A stretch of 64,000 nt of DNA from positions 630-64,629 of the forward strand of contig CAIKDP010000025.1 in assembly GCA_903826205.1 (NCBI GenBank), given 5' to 3'. The position numbers were made by a program, and so were the translations under genes. The DNA is from Akkermansiaceae bacterium (GTDB lineage: Bacteria; Verrucomicrobiota; Verrucomicrobiia; Verrucomicrobiales; Akkermansiaceae). This document shows positions 1 through 12,000 of this stretch, in pieces. The notes under the pieces are model-generated. The model had not been told where the DNA came from, did not search any database, and saw only the letters and a program-made list of their open reading frames with translations. Position 1 is the first letter of the stretch. The number at the start of each line of letters is the position of its first letter.

Positions 1-3000
1 AGCCGTCGGTGGCGCCGTCGCCAATCCGCAGGGTGCCGCCGCTGATGGTGGTGGTGCCGGTGTAGGTGTTGACGCCGGTCAGGGTGAAGATGCCCGAGTT
101 GATCTTGGTCAGCGCGCCGCTGCCGGTGACGATGCCGGCATTGGTCAAGTCATGGCCGTTGGTGTCAATCGTGGCGGTCACGCCGGAGTTGATGACATAG
201 TTGCGGGACACGGAAACACCGGCATCTGCCCGCAGCGTGCTGGTGCCGGTGAAGGTGAGCATGCTGCCGGGCGCACCGAGGCTGCTGGAGGAAGTGATGG
301 CGAGGGTGCCCGCGCTGAGGTTCACGTCACTGGTGAAGGTGTTGGCGCCGCTGAGGGTCAGGGTGCCCGTGCCCGCCTTGGAGAGTCCGCCGTTGGTGCC
401 GGAGAGGATGCCGGTCAGCATCACATCCGATGCGGCCGTAATCTGGTGGGTGCTGCCGTCAAGGTCCACCGTGCCGGAGAACGTCAGCACACCGGTGTGG
501 GTGGCGTTGCCAAGCGTCACATCGCCGCCAATGACAAGGTTGTTAGCCAGCTCGTGGGCGGCGGTGGAGTCCGATGAGAGGGTGCCGCCATTGAGGGTGA
601 GGATGCCGGTGCCCAGCGCGCTATCGTTGCCCACCTGAAGCACGCCCGCGTTGAGGGTGGTGCCGTCGCTGTAGCTGTTGGCATTGGTGATGGTCAGCTT
701 GCCGCTGCCGGTCTTGACCACGGCGCCGCCGGTGATCTTGTCGGACGGCGTGCTGCCGGTCACCGTGTAATCGAGGGCGGAGTTGTCGAACAAGATGCTG
801 CCGGCATTGACGCTGCCGTCGATACTCACAGAAGTGGTGGAAGGCGCGCTGGAAACTGCGCCAATTTGCACGGTATCGTTGAATTCAGCATTGTCCGAGA
901 GCCAGAAATCGGTGGCCGCGTGGCCGGACTCCGTCGCCCAACTCGGGGTGGCCCCGACCTCGCCGGTGGTTCCAGTCGTCCAGATGCCGCCATGGGCGCC
1001 GGACCACACCGGATTATCACCCGTGACCACGTAATCAATCCGGAGATTCGTCGTGTCGTTGGAGAGTTCTCCATGCTGGCGCAAGGTGTTATTGTTGGGA
1101 ACTGCTCCGGTGAAGCTGAAACCGGTCGGATTGCTGAAGGTTCCGCCGTAGCTGAGCAGGTGATAGGTGCCGTTATCCACCGCGCCGCTTGGCAAGGCGA
1201 GGGTGACCGCACCCGCGCCGCCGTTCAGAGTCAAAGCGCCGGTGACACCGAGCGCCTTGGCGGTCGTCCCTGTATAGTTGCCAAGCGTGCCAATGTGAAT
1301 GGAGCCCGCGCCGTCGAAGGTGAGGCCACCGCCGAGGGTTAGGGTGCCGCTGGTGCCATTGCCCGCAGTGATGATGCCGGCTGAGGCCACCGTGACACTG
1401 CCGCCAATGGTACCGGTACCCATCAAGGTGGTGCCGCTGGCGACGGTGACATTGGAGCCGGAGGCCAGCGACCCGGTGATGTTGAGTGTGCCTGCGCTGA
1501 GGGCGGTTGTACCGGTATAAGTGTTCGTGTTTGAAAGCGTTAGAGCGCCCGCTCCCACCTTCGTTAGATCCATGTCACTGCCGCTGATCACCCCGCTCAA
1601 GGTCATTTGACCGACCCCGCCCACGCTGCTGTGGGCGGCGAGTGCAATATTTCCGCTCAAGCTCGCGGCCGTACCATCGCTGTTGATGAGCGCGCCGCCG
1701 GAAGAGATGCCCGTGCCGCTGAGGGTCAGCGCTTCGGCCCCCAGCGTCTGTCCTAACAAATCGAGCACCGCCCCCGGGGCGACCGTGGTGCCGGTGGCGG
1801 TGGTGCCCAAGGCGGTGGAGCTGCCCAATTTGAGGGTGCCGCTGGCGACCGTGGTGGCACCGCCGTAGGTGTTGGCGCCGGACAGCGTCAGGGTATTGGC
1901 GGAGCCGGCATCCATGACGAAGGCGCCGGTGCCGCCGAGAGTCCGGCTGAAGGTGGAAGCGGAAATATTGTTTTTGTTGACCAGGGTGCCGTTGTTGGTG
2001 ATGGACGCGGCATTGCCAAGGGAACCGTTGTAGGTAACGCCCTCGACCACCACGCCGCCAATCTGCAAGGTGCCCGCATCGATGGTGACGGCACCGCTGA
2101 AGCTGCTCTGGCCGATAAAGACCAGGGTGCCCGCTCCAGACTTGGTCACGGCGCCGCCGCCGCTGAGGGAAATGGCGGCGATTTGGGTGGTTGAACTTGC
2201 CACGTTGTAGACCAGCGCGCCGATGGCCGTGATGGCCGCATTGGCGGCAAGGGCACCGTTGGTGGTGCCATCCCCGAGTTGCAGCGTGCCGGAGCTGATG
2301 GTTGTGGCGCCGGTGTAGGTGTTGGTACCGGTTAGAACCAGCGTGCCGGTGCCGGTCTTGGTGAGAGTCCCGCTGCCGGCCGCGATGCCGCCGTAGGTCA
2401 AGGTCTTGCCGGCGGCCACATCCAACGCGCCGCCGGTGGTGATGCCGCGCTTGCCATCCAGCGTGAAAGTTTCGGTGGCGGCCAGGGTGCCGCCGCCGAG
2501 CACCAGGCGTCCGGCGGTGGCGGTCTCAGGCGCGGTGCCCAAGCCGCTATCGGCCGCGAGGCTCAGCGCGCCGCCATTGATGGTGGTCACTCCGGTGTAG
2601 GTGTTAGATCCGGAAAGTGTCAGGGTGCCGGCGCCGCTCTTGGTCAGGGTACCGGTGCCGCTGATGACCTGGGCGAAGCTATCGCTGACCGCCACATTGT
2701 ATATCAGGGCGCTGGTGTTGGTGATGCCGGAACTGTTGGAGATGGAGCCGTCCGTGACGCCGTCGCCGATCTGCAGCGTGCCATTGCTGATGGTGGTGGC
2801 GCCGCTGTAGGTATTGGCACCGGCGAGCGTCAGCGTGCTCGAACCGTCCTTGGTGAAGCTGCCGCTGCCGCTGATGATGTTGGAGTAGAGATAAGTGCCG
2901 GAGCGGTTGTAAATGAGGGCCCCGTTGTTGGTGATGCCCGAGGTGCCGGAGAGCGAGCCGCCCGCACCGCCGTTCCCTTGCTGCAGCGTGCTGCCGGCGT

Positions 3001-6000
3001 TGATGGTGACCGCGCCGTTGAGGGTGTTTATACCGGTTAGAAGCAGCGTGCCCGCGCCAGCCGCAGTTAGATTGCCGGTGCCGGAGATGATGCCGCTTAC
3101 CGTCAGGGTATGGCCTGAGGTGAGCGTTTCCAGGGTGCCGCCACCGCTGCCCACCACGATGTTGCGGCTGTTGGAACCGCTGTTGTCGAGCGCGATGCCG
3201 GCGGTCGCCCGCAGGGTGCCGCCGCCGTTCAGATAGAGGGACGCGCCCGTGGCCACGGTGCCGAGGTTGGCGTTGCTGGCAATGCCCAGCACGCCACCGT
3301 TGAGGGTGGTCGCGCCGGTGTAGGTGTTGGTGCCGGACAACGTCAGGGTGCCGCCGCCGTTTTTTGTTAGCGCCCCGCTGCCGCCGATCACGCCCGTCAC
3401 GGTGATGGCGTTGCCATTGGTGTCGAGGGTGCCGCCGCCGCTGTTGAGTGTTAGATTCCGGGCGCTGGTGAAGCCGCCCGAGAAGAGGAGCGCGCCACCG
3501 TCAAAGGTGACGTCACCGTCGCCGCCCAAATTGTGATCCGCACCGACGCGCAAAGTGCCGGCATGGATGGCCGTGCCGCCGGTGTAGGTGTTGGTGCCAT
3601 TCAAGGTCAGGGTGCCGCTGCCGTCCTTGGCCAGGCCGCCTGCTCCGCTGAGGATGCCGAGAAAAGTCGCATCCGTGGCACTGCTGAGGGTGAGCACGCC
3701 GCCACTGCCGGTGGTCACCGCGCCGCCGCCCGCCAGAACGGCGATGGTTTCGGAATAGGTGCCAAGGTCGAGGGTGCCATTGACGGTGACGGTTGCGCCA
3801 TCCGCAATCTGATGGGAGCCCAGCAACGTCACAGTCGCGCCGGAGGCGATTCGCAAGCCGCCGGCACCGATGGCATTGACGCCGGCCGTCTTGTTCAGGT
3901 TGAGGGATCCGTCGGCGACTTCCGTTAGGCCGGAGTAGGTATTGGCCGCGGTGCCGCTCAAGGTCAACGGACCTGCGCCGGTCTTGGTGAGGGTTTGATC
4001 GATGCCGCTGAGGGTGCCGCCGAGGTCCAGGCCGAAGCCGCCCGCGGCGATATCGACCGTTAGATTATCAGCCAGAATGAGCGATGCGCTCATCACGTGG
4101 TTCGCCGCGGCCGGGGCGCTGAGAACCTGGATGCTGGCATTGACCCCGTTATTATTCAAGGTGAGGGTCTGCCCGGAGGAGGCGCTGAGGGTGAAAGCGG
4201 TGGTGGTGTTTTGAAAGACGATGGTGCCGGCAGTCCTGCTGGCGTCGAGCGTGACCGCTTCCGCACTGGAAAACCCTGCGGTGCCATTGTTATTGAGGAA
4301 CAGCACATTCGCCCCGCTGCCATCCGGCACGGTGCCGGCCCACCAGTTGGCCGCATTGCCCCAGTTGGTGTTAGATCCCCCCTTTTTCCACTGCTGGGTG
4401 ATGGCGGTGACGCTGAGATCGATGGAGGTGTTGCCGGTGTTGTTGACCAGGCTCAAATTGAACAAGCCGCTATGGGCGTCGGCCAGGGCCAGGGTCGAAA
4501 TATCGGTGAACGCGGTGCCGGTGTAGTCAAACAGCCGGTAGGTCCCCACACCCATCGCGCCGGCGTTGACGATGCTGAGCGTCGAAGTGCTCGAGCTCGG
4601 CAGAATGAAGGCATTGGAACCGGTGATGGCGACCATGCTGGTGGCCGTCAGTGCGCCGAGCTGGAAGGTGCCGAGCGAACCCGCCCCCAGGGTGAGTCCG
4701 CCCAGCGTCAGGGTGGCGCCACTGGACGCCGACAACGTACCCCCGCTCTGGAGGCCCACCGTGCCCGTGATAAAGCCCGAGCTGGCCGTGGCACTGCCTT
4801 TCAGGGTGCCGCCGTTGGCCACGGTCACCGCGCCGGTGCCGGTGGCGCTGCTGCCGCTGGTGTTGGCCACCTGCAACGCGCCGTTGCCAATGAGGGTGCC
4901 GCCGGTGTAGGTGTTGGCAGCGGTTAGAACCAACGTCCCGGTGCCAACCAGAACCAGTTTGCCGGCGCCGGAAATCACGCCGTCGCGCTGGTGGGTGTTG
5001 CTGCCGGTGACGTCGACTTTGGCCACGCCTCCCGTGCCAACCAAGTTGCCCACCAACTCCAACTGCCGATAGGTTGACCACGATCCGACCTGGGTCTGGA
5101 AGGTTGCGCCATCATACAGGTGCAGGCCATAGAGCGGGCTGCCTGCCGATGGCACCGCGCCGAGGGCTTCCTGGCTATTGGCAGCGAGCGTGCCGGCCTG
5201 GATGTAAAGTCCTCCGGTGAAGGGATTGGTCCCTTCAAGCATCAGCGTGCCCGCGCCCGTCTTGATCAAACTGCCGCTGCCGCTGAGGCCCGAGCCGGAT
5301 GCGTAGTCCAAGGTCTTGCCGGCGGCCACCTCGATGGTGCCGCCCACACCGGAACCCGCTCCCCCCAGTGTGGTGGCGCGCGAGGTGGAGAAGGAATCGG
5401 ACGCCTTGAGGGTGGCCCCGCCACCGATGGTTAGAATGTTGGATTCAAGGCCCAACGCGGAGGAATTCGCCACTCTCAATGCGCCGGCGCTGAGGGTCGT
5501 GCCACCGGTGTAGGTGTTGCTGCCGGAGAGGGTCATGGTGCCGGTTCCGGTCTTGATGAGGAATCCCCCGCTGCCGCTGATCACGCCACTGAAGCTCGTG
5601 TCACTGGCATCGCCGGTGGTGAGGGTGGTAGAGCCGAGCACCACATTGCCACCGGTGGAGCCGCCGCCGGCGAGCGAGCCAATGGTCTCACTGGCGTTGA
5701 GTTGCAAGGTCGCGCCCGCCACGTCGAGCAGGACCACCGCCCCGCTGTTAGAGATAGCCGCACCATTGAACAGGCTCAAGGTGCCGGCCTGCACGGTGGT
5801 GGATCCGGTGTAGGTGCTGGCGCCCTTCAACTCGACCGTGCCGGGGCCGTTCTTGATCAAGCCGAAGGCGCCGCCACTCTCGCCAATCGCGCTGGTGATG
5901 CTCAGCATGCCGGCATCCGCATCGAGTGTGGAATGGTTCGTTAGCGTTAGAGTTCCGCCATAGGTGTTGTTTCCAAAGCAGTTGCACAATGAGCCGCCAT

Positions 6001-9000
6001 TGAGGGTGAGGGCCTCGTTGAGTGTGAGGCCGTTGCCGTTGAGTTCGAGTTCGCCGCCTGCGTGGATGGTGGTGCCCGCGCCGCTGGTCCCCAGCGCGGC
6101 GGCGTTACCGATCCGCAGGATGCCATAGCTGATGACCGTCGCGCCGGTGTAGCTGTTGGCGGTGTTGAGTGCCACGGTGCCGGTGCCGTCCTTGGTTAGA
6201 GAACCGGTGCCGCTGATCACGCCGGTTAGAGTAACGCCGCTACCGCGGCTGTCGAGGGTGCCGCCGCCGCTGTTGAGAAGGATGTTGCGGGCGCTGGTGA
6301 AACTGCCCGAGAACGCGAGCGTGCCGCCGTCAAAGGTGAGATTGGAGGCCGTACCGCCCAAATTGACATCCTCGCCCACCTGCAAGGTGCCAGCGTTGAG
6401 CGCCGTGCCGCCCGTGTAGGCATTGACGCCGTTGAGGGTCAGGGTGCCGGCACCGGCCTTGGCGATACCACCCGCGCCGCTGATGCTGCCGAGGAACGTC
6501 GAATCCGTGTCGCCGTTGAGGGTCAACAGGCCGCCACTACCGAGGGTCACCGCACCGCCGCCGCCCAAGCCGGCGAACGTTTCGGAAAAGACACCCAAGT
6601 CGAGTGTGCCGTTGACCGTCACGCTTGCGGCATCGGCGATTTGGTTGGATGCCAGCCACGTCACGGTCGCACCGGAATCGATCTGCAAACCGCCGGAACC
6701 GATGGCATCGACGCCGGCCGTCTTGTTGAGACTGAGGGTCCCGGCGGCCACCTCGGTCACGCCGCCGTATGTATTGGCGGCGGTTCCGCCCAGGGTCAGC
6801 GGGCCGGCGCCGGTTTTGGTCACGGCTTGGTCGCCGCTGATCACGCCGCTGAGGATCAAGCCGTGGCTACCGGCGCCGACATCGACGGTCACATCATCGA
6901 GGAGGCTCAGCGGCGCGCTGATCAGATGATTCGCCGTGGCCGGGGCACTCAAGACCTGGATGCTGGCATCCACGCCGTTGTTGTCCAAAATCAAGGTCTG
7001 GCCGGACGAGGCGCTGAGCGTGAAGGCCGTGCCGGTGTTTTGAAAAGCGAGGGTGCCGACGGTCTTGCTGGCATCGAGGGTGACCGATTCGGTGGCTGCG
7101 AAAGCCGTCCCGCCGCCTGACGAATTGTTATCGATGAAGGCCGCAGCCGCGCCCGCGGCATTCGGGATCACGCTGGTCCACCAGTTGCCAGCCGTGCTCC
7201 AGTTGGTGTTAGAGCCACCTTTTTTCCACTGCTGGGTGATGGCGGAGACATCGAGGTCGATCGAGGTGTTGACCGTGTTGTTGACCAGGCTGAGATTGAA
7301 GAGGCCGCTTTGCAGATTGGCCAGGGCCAGAGTCGAGAGATCGGTGACAGCGGTGCCGGTGTAGTCAAACAGGTGGTAGGTCCCGGTTCCCATCGCGCCG
7401 GTGTTGACGATGTTGATGGTCGAAGTGCCGGAGCCCGGCAGGGTGAACAAGTTGCTGCCGGTGACCTTGACCAGACTGGTGGAGGTCGGCGCACCTAACT
7501 GGAAAGTGCCGAGTGACCCCGCATCCAGCGTGAGGCCACCCAGCGTCAGGGTGCCGCCGCTGAGCGTCAACAACTTGGCGGCGTTCTGAATTTCAACGGT
7601 CCCGGCAATGGAGCCCGTGGTACCGGTGGCCCCGCCTTGGGCCGTCAAGCCGCTGAGGGTGCCGCCGCTCATGACGGTCACCGCGCCGGCGCCGGTCGCA
7701 CTGCCGCCGGTATTGTTCACCTGCAACACACCGTTGGCAATGAGGGTCACCCCGGCATAGGTGTTCGCATTACTGCCGTTGTTATTGATGATCAACGTGC
7801 CGTAACCCATCAAGTTCATCGCTCCATCGCCATAGATCGCGCCATTGCGCACGATGCTGATGCCAGCGGTGACGTCCACATTGGCCGTGCCGCCCACCAA
7901 TTCGAGCTTCCGGTTGGTCGACCAGGAATTGCTCGCCAGTTGGATGGTCGCTCCGTCTGAGATGTGGACGGCATAGTTGGCGGTGCCCAGGGTCGGGAGT
8001 GGCCCGAGGGCGGTCCCGCTGTTGACCACGAGCGTGCCAGCCGTGATGTAGGTGCCGCCGGTATAGCTATCCACCCCGCCGATGGCCAGCGCGCCCGCGC
8101 CCGTCTTGATCAGACTGCCGCTGCCGCTGATGACCGAACTGGACGAGTAGGCCAGAGTCTTGCCAGTCGCCACCTCGAAGGTGCCGCCAGAGGTCGCGCC
8201 ACCCGTTCCTCCCAGCGTGGTCGCTCGCGATGTGCTGAAGGAATCGCCGGCCTTCAGGGTCGCCCCGCCGCCGATGGTTAGATCGTTAGATTCAAGACCC
8301 AGCGCGGAGGAAGCCGCCACGCTCAGCGCGCCGGCGGTGAGGGTTGTGCCACCGGTGTAGGTGTTGCTGCCGGAGAGGGTCAGTGTGCCGGAGCCGGCCT
8401 TGACCAGGAAACCGCTGCCGCTGATGACGCCGCCGAAGCTGGTGTCGCTGGCATTGCCGGTGGTGAGGGTGCAGGAGCCAAGGGACACATTGCCGCCGCT
8501 GGCGCCACCACCCGAGAGCGAGCCGATGGTTTCACTGGTGTTGAGTTCCAAAGTCGTGCCCGCCACGTTGTGCAGGATCACCGCACCGGTATCAACAATC
8601 GCCGCGCCGTTGGACAGGCTCAAAGTACCAGCCAGCACATGGGTCTCACCGGTGTAGGTGTTGGTCCCTCTGAGCTCGACCGCGCCGGGACCATCCTTGG
8701 TCAGCCCATAGCTTGCGCCACTCTGGCTGATGCCACTGGTGATGATGAGCTTGGTCGAATCGGCATCGAGCACGGAATTTGCCGTCAGAGTCAGGGCACC
8801 GCTGTAGGTGTTAGTACCGCCCCCGTTGCAGAATGAGCCGCCATGGAGGGTAATGGCCTCGTTGAGCACGATGCCATCGCCGGAGAGTTCAAGCTCTCCG
8901 CCCGCGTGGATTGTGGTGCCCGCGCCGGTGGTGCCCAGCGCGGAGGCGTTGCTGATCTGCAGGATCCCATTGCTGATGGTGGTGGCGCCGGTGTAACTGT

Positions 9001-12000
9001 TGGCAGAGGTGAGCAGCACGGTGCCGGTGCCGGTCTTGGTCAAGGCCCCGCTGCCGCTGATCAGGCCGGTCAAGGTGACGCTGTTGCCGGAGTTATCAAG
9101 GGTGCCGCCGCCACTGTTGAGCGTTAGATTCCGCTCACTGGTGAAGCCGGCTGAAAACGCGAGGGTGCCGCCACCCAGCGTGAGATTGGCGGTGGGACCA
9201 CCCAAATTGCGATCCGCACCCACCTGCAGGATGCCCGCATTAATGGCGGTGCCGCCGGTGTAAGTGTTGGTGCCATTCAGCGTCAAGGTGCCGCTGCCGG
9301 CCTTGGCGAGGCCGCCCGCCCCGCTGATGATCCCGAGGAAAGTCGAATCCGCGGCACTGCTGAGGGTCAGCACGCCGCCGCTGCCGGTGGTTACCGCGCC
9401 CCCGCCCGCCAACATGGCAATCGTTTCAGAATAGGTGCCAAGGGCAAGGGTGCCATTGACGATGACCGTCGCGCCATCCGCAATCTGGTGGGATGCCAGC
9501 AGGACGGCTGTCGTGTTAGAGTTGATTTGCACCCCCCCGGAACCGATGGCATTGACGCCGGCCGTCTTGTTCAGATTGAGGGTGCCGCCGGCCACTTCCG
9601 TCAAGCCGCTGTAGGTGTTGGCCGCGGAGCCGCTCAAGGTCAGCGGGCCGGAGCCTGTTTTTGTCAGGGTTTTGCCACTCCCGCTGATCGCGCCGCCAAG
9701 GTCCAAACCGGAGGTGCCGGCGGCAACATTGACTGTCAAATTGTCGGCCAGGGCGAGCGGCGCGCTGATGACGTGATTGGCCGCGACCGGGGCACCGAGC
9801 ACGTTGATGGTGGCGAGCGTGCCGTTATCATCCAGGGTCAAGGTCTGTCCGGACGAGCCGATCGTGAAGGCGGTGCCGGTGTTTTGCAAAATGATCGAAC
9901 CGACCGTCTTGTTGCCATCGAGCGTGACCGCCTCGGCAGTTCCAAAGCCAGCGGTGCTGTTGTTGTTGAGGAACAAGGCCGCCGCACCCACGCCGTCGGG
10001 CACCCCGCTGGTCCACCAGTTGCCCGCCGTGCTCCAGTTGGTGTTAGAGCCACCCTTTTTCCATTGCTGGGTGATGGCGGTGACGTCGAGGTCGATCGAG
10101 GTGTTGCTGGTGTTATTGACCAGGCTAAGGTTGAACAAGCCGCTATGGGTGCTGGCCAGGGCCAGATTGGAGATACCCGAAAGGGCGGTCCCGGCGTAGT
10201 CAAACAAGTGATAGGTCCCGACGCCCATCGCGCCGGTGTTGACGATGTCGAGCGTGGAGATGCCGGAGCCCGGCAGGGTGAACAAGTTGCTGCCGGTGAC
10301 GTTGACCAGGCTCGTGGCGGTCAGCGAGCCGAGTTGGAAGGTCCCCAGCGCTCCTCCACCCAGGCTCAGTCCACCGAGAGTCAGGGTGGTGCCGCTACCG
10401 GCCAACAATCGTCCGCCACTCTGCAGGGTCACCGTACCCGAGACGGATCCTGACATCCCCGGATACCCGGGGGCGGTCGGCAAGCCACTCAGCGTGCCGC
10501 CATTGGCCACGGTCACCGCGCCGGTCCCGGTGGCGCTGCCGCTACTGCCGTTATTGACCTGCAACACGCCGTTCTCAATGAGCGTGCCGCCGCTGTAGGT
10601 GTTGGCACCGGTTAGAATCAGGGTGCCGGTGCCGACCAGATCCAGTTTACCCGCACCGGTGACCAACCCGTTGCGTTGGTGGGTGAAATTGTTGGAGACA
10701 TCGACTTTGGCCACGCCGCCCGAACCGACCAAGTTGCCCAGCAACTCCAACTGCCGATAGGTCGCCCACGACCCGACCTGGATCTGGAAGGTCGCGCCAT
10801 CGTAAAGGTGCAGACCATAAAGTGAGCTGCCAGCCGACGGTACCGCGCCGAGGGCCTCCTGGCTGTTGGCGGCGAGCGTGCCCGCCTGGATGTAGAGTCC
10901 GCCGGTGAAGGGATTGGTGCCTTCAAGAAACAACGTGCCCGCACCCGTCTTGATCAAACTGCCACTGCCGCTCAGGCTCGAACCGGATGTGTAGTCCAAA
11001 GTCTTGCCAGCCGCCACCTCGATGGTGCCGCCCACACCGGCACCGACACCCCCCAGCGTGGTGGCTCGCGACGTGCTGAAGGAATCGCCCGCCTTGAGGG
11101 TCGCTCCGCTGCCGATGGTTAGAATGTTGGATTCAAGACCCAGCGCGGACGACGCGGCCACGCTTAGCGCGCCGGTGGTGAGGGTCGTGCCGCCGGTGTA
11201 GGTGTTGCTGCCGGAGAGGGTCAGCGTGCCGGCACCCGTTTTTGTTAGAGAGCCGCCGGCACCGGAGAGCACCCCGGCAAAGCCGGTGTCGCTGGCATCG
11301 CCGGTGGTGAGTTTTTTCGCGCCGAGCACGACCGACGAGCCGCCGGCCCCCGTCAGCGAGCCGATGGTTTCCCCGCTGGCGGTGATGGCGGAGATGTCGA
11401 AGGTGCCGGCCGAGACAGTCACGGCGGAAGCATCCGCGATGGCACCGGCCCCGCCGAGGGCCAGCGTGCCCGCGCTGACGGTCGTCGCGCCGCTGTAAAG
11501 CTGGCTGGCGGTTAGAGTGAGGGTGCCCGCGCCGGTCTTGGCAAGGCCGCCGGTGCCCGCCGGGCTCGCCCCGGAAATCGGTAGATTGTTAGCCGTCACC
11601 TCGAAGGTGGCCACCTTGCCGGAATTGATGGTGAAGTTGCGGTCGGTGGTGGCGTTCGCGCCGGTGTAGCGCAGCGTGCCGCCATTGAACACGAGGTTGG
11701 CCGCCGCGTTGGTCGCCTTGCCGAGATTGCCGGCCACCGTGCCATTGCCGATGGTGGCCACCGACAGAATGCCGTCGGTGAAGGTCGTCACCCCGGTGTA
11801 GGTGTTGGCGCCCCCCAGCGTCAGGAGGCCTGTCCCATCCATGACGAGGTTGCCGGTGCCGGTGCCAATGATGCTGTTGATGGTGGTATTGCCCGCACCG
11901 CCCAGCGTTAGGTTGTAGGTGCCGGCGATGGTGCCCGCGTTGCTCAGCGTCAGGGTGCCGGCGTCCGAATTGATGCGGGTGGCGCTGCCAAGCCTGACCA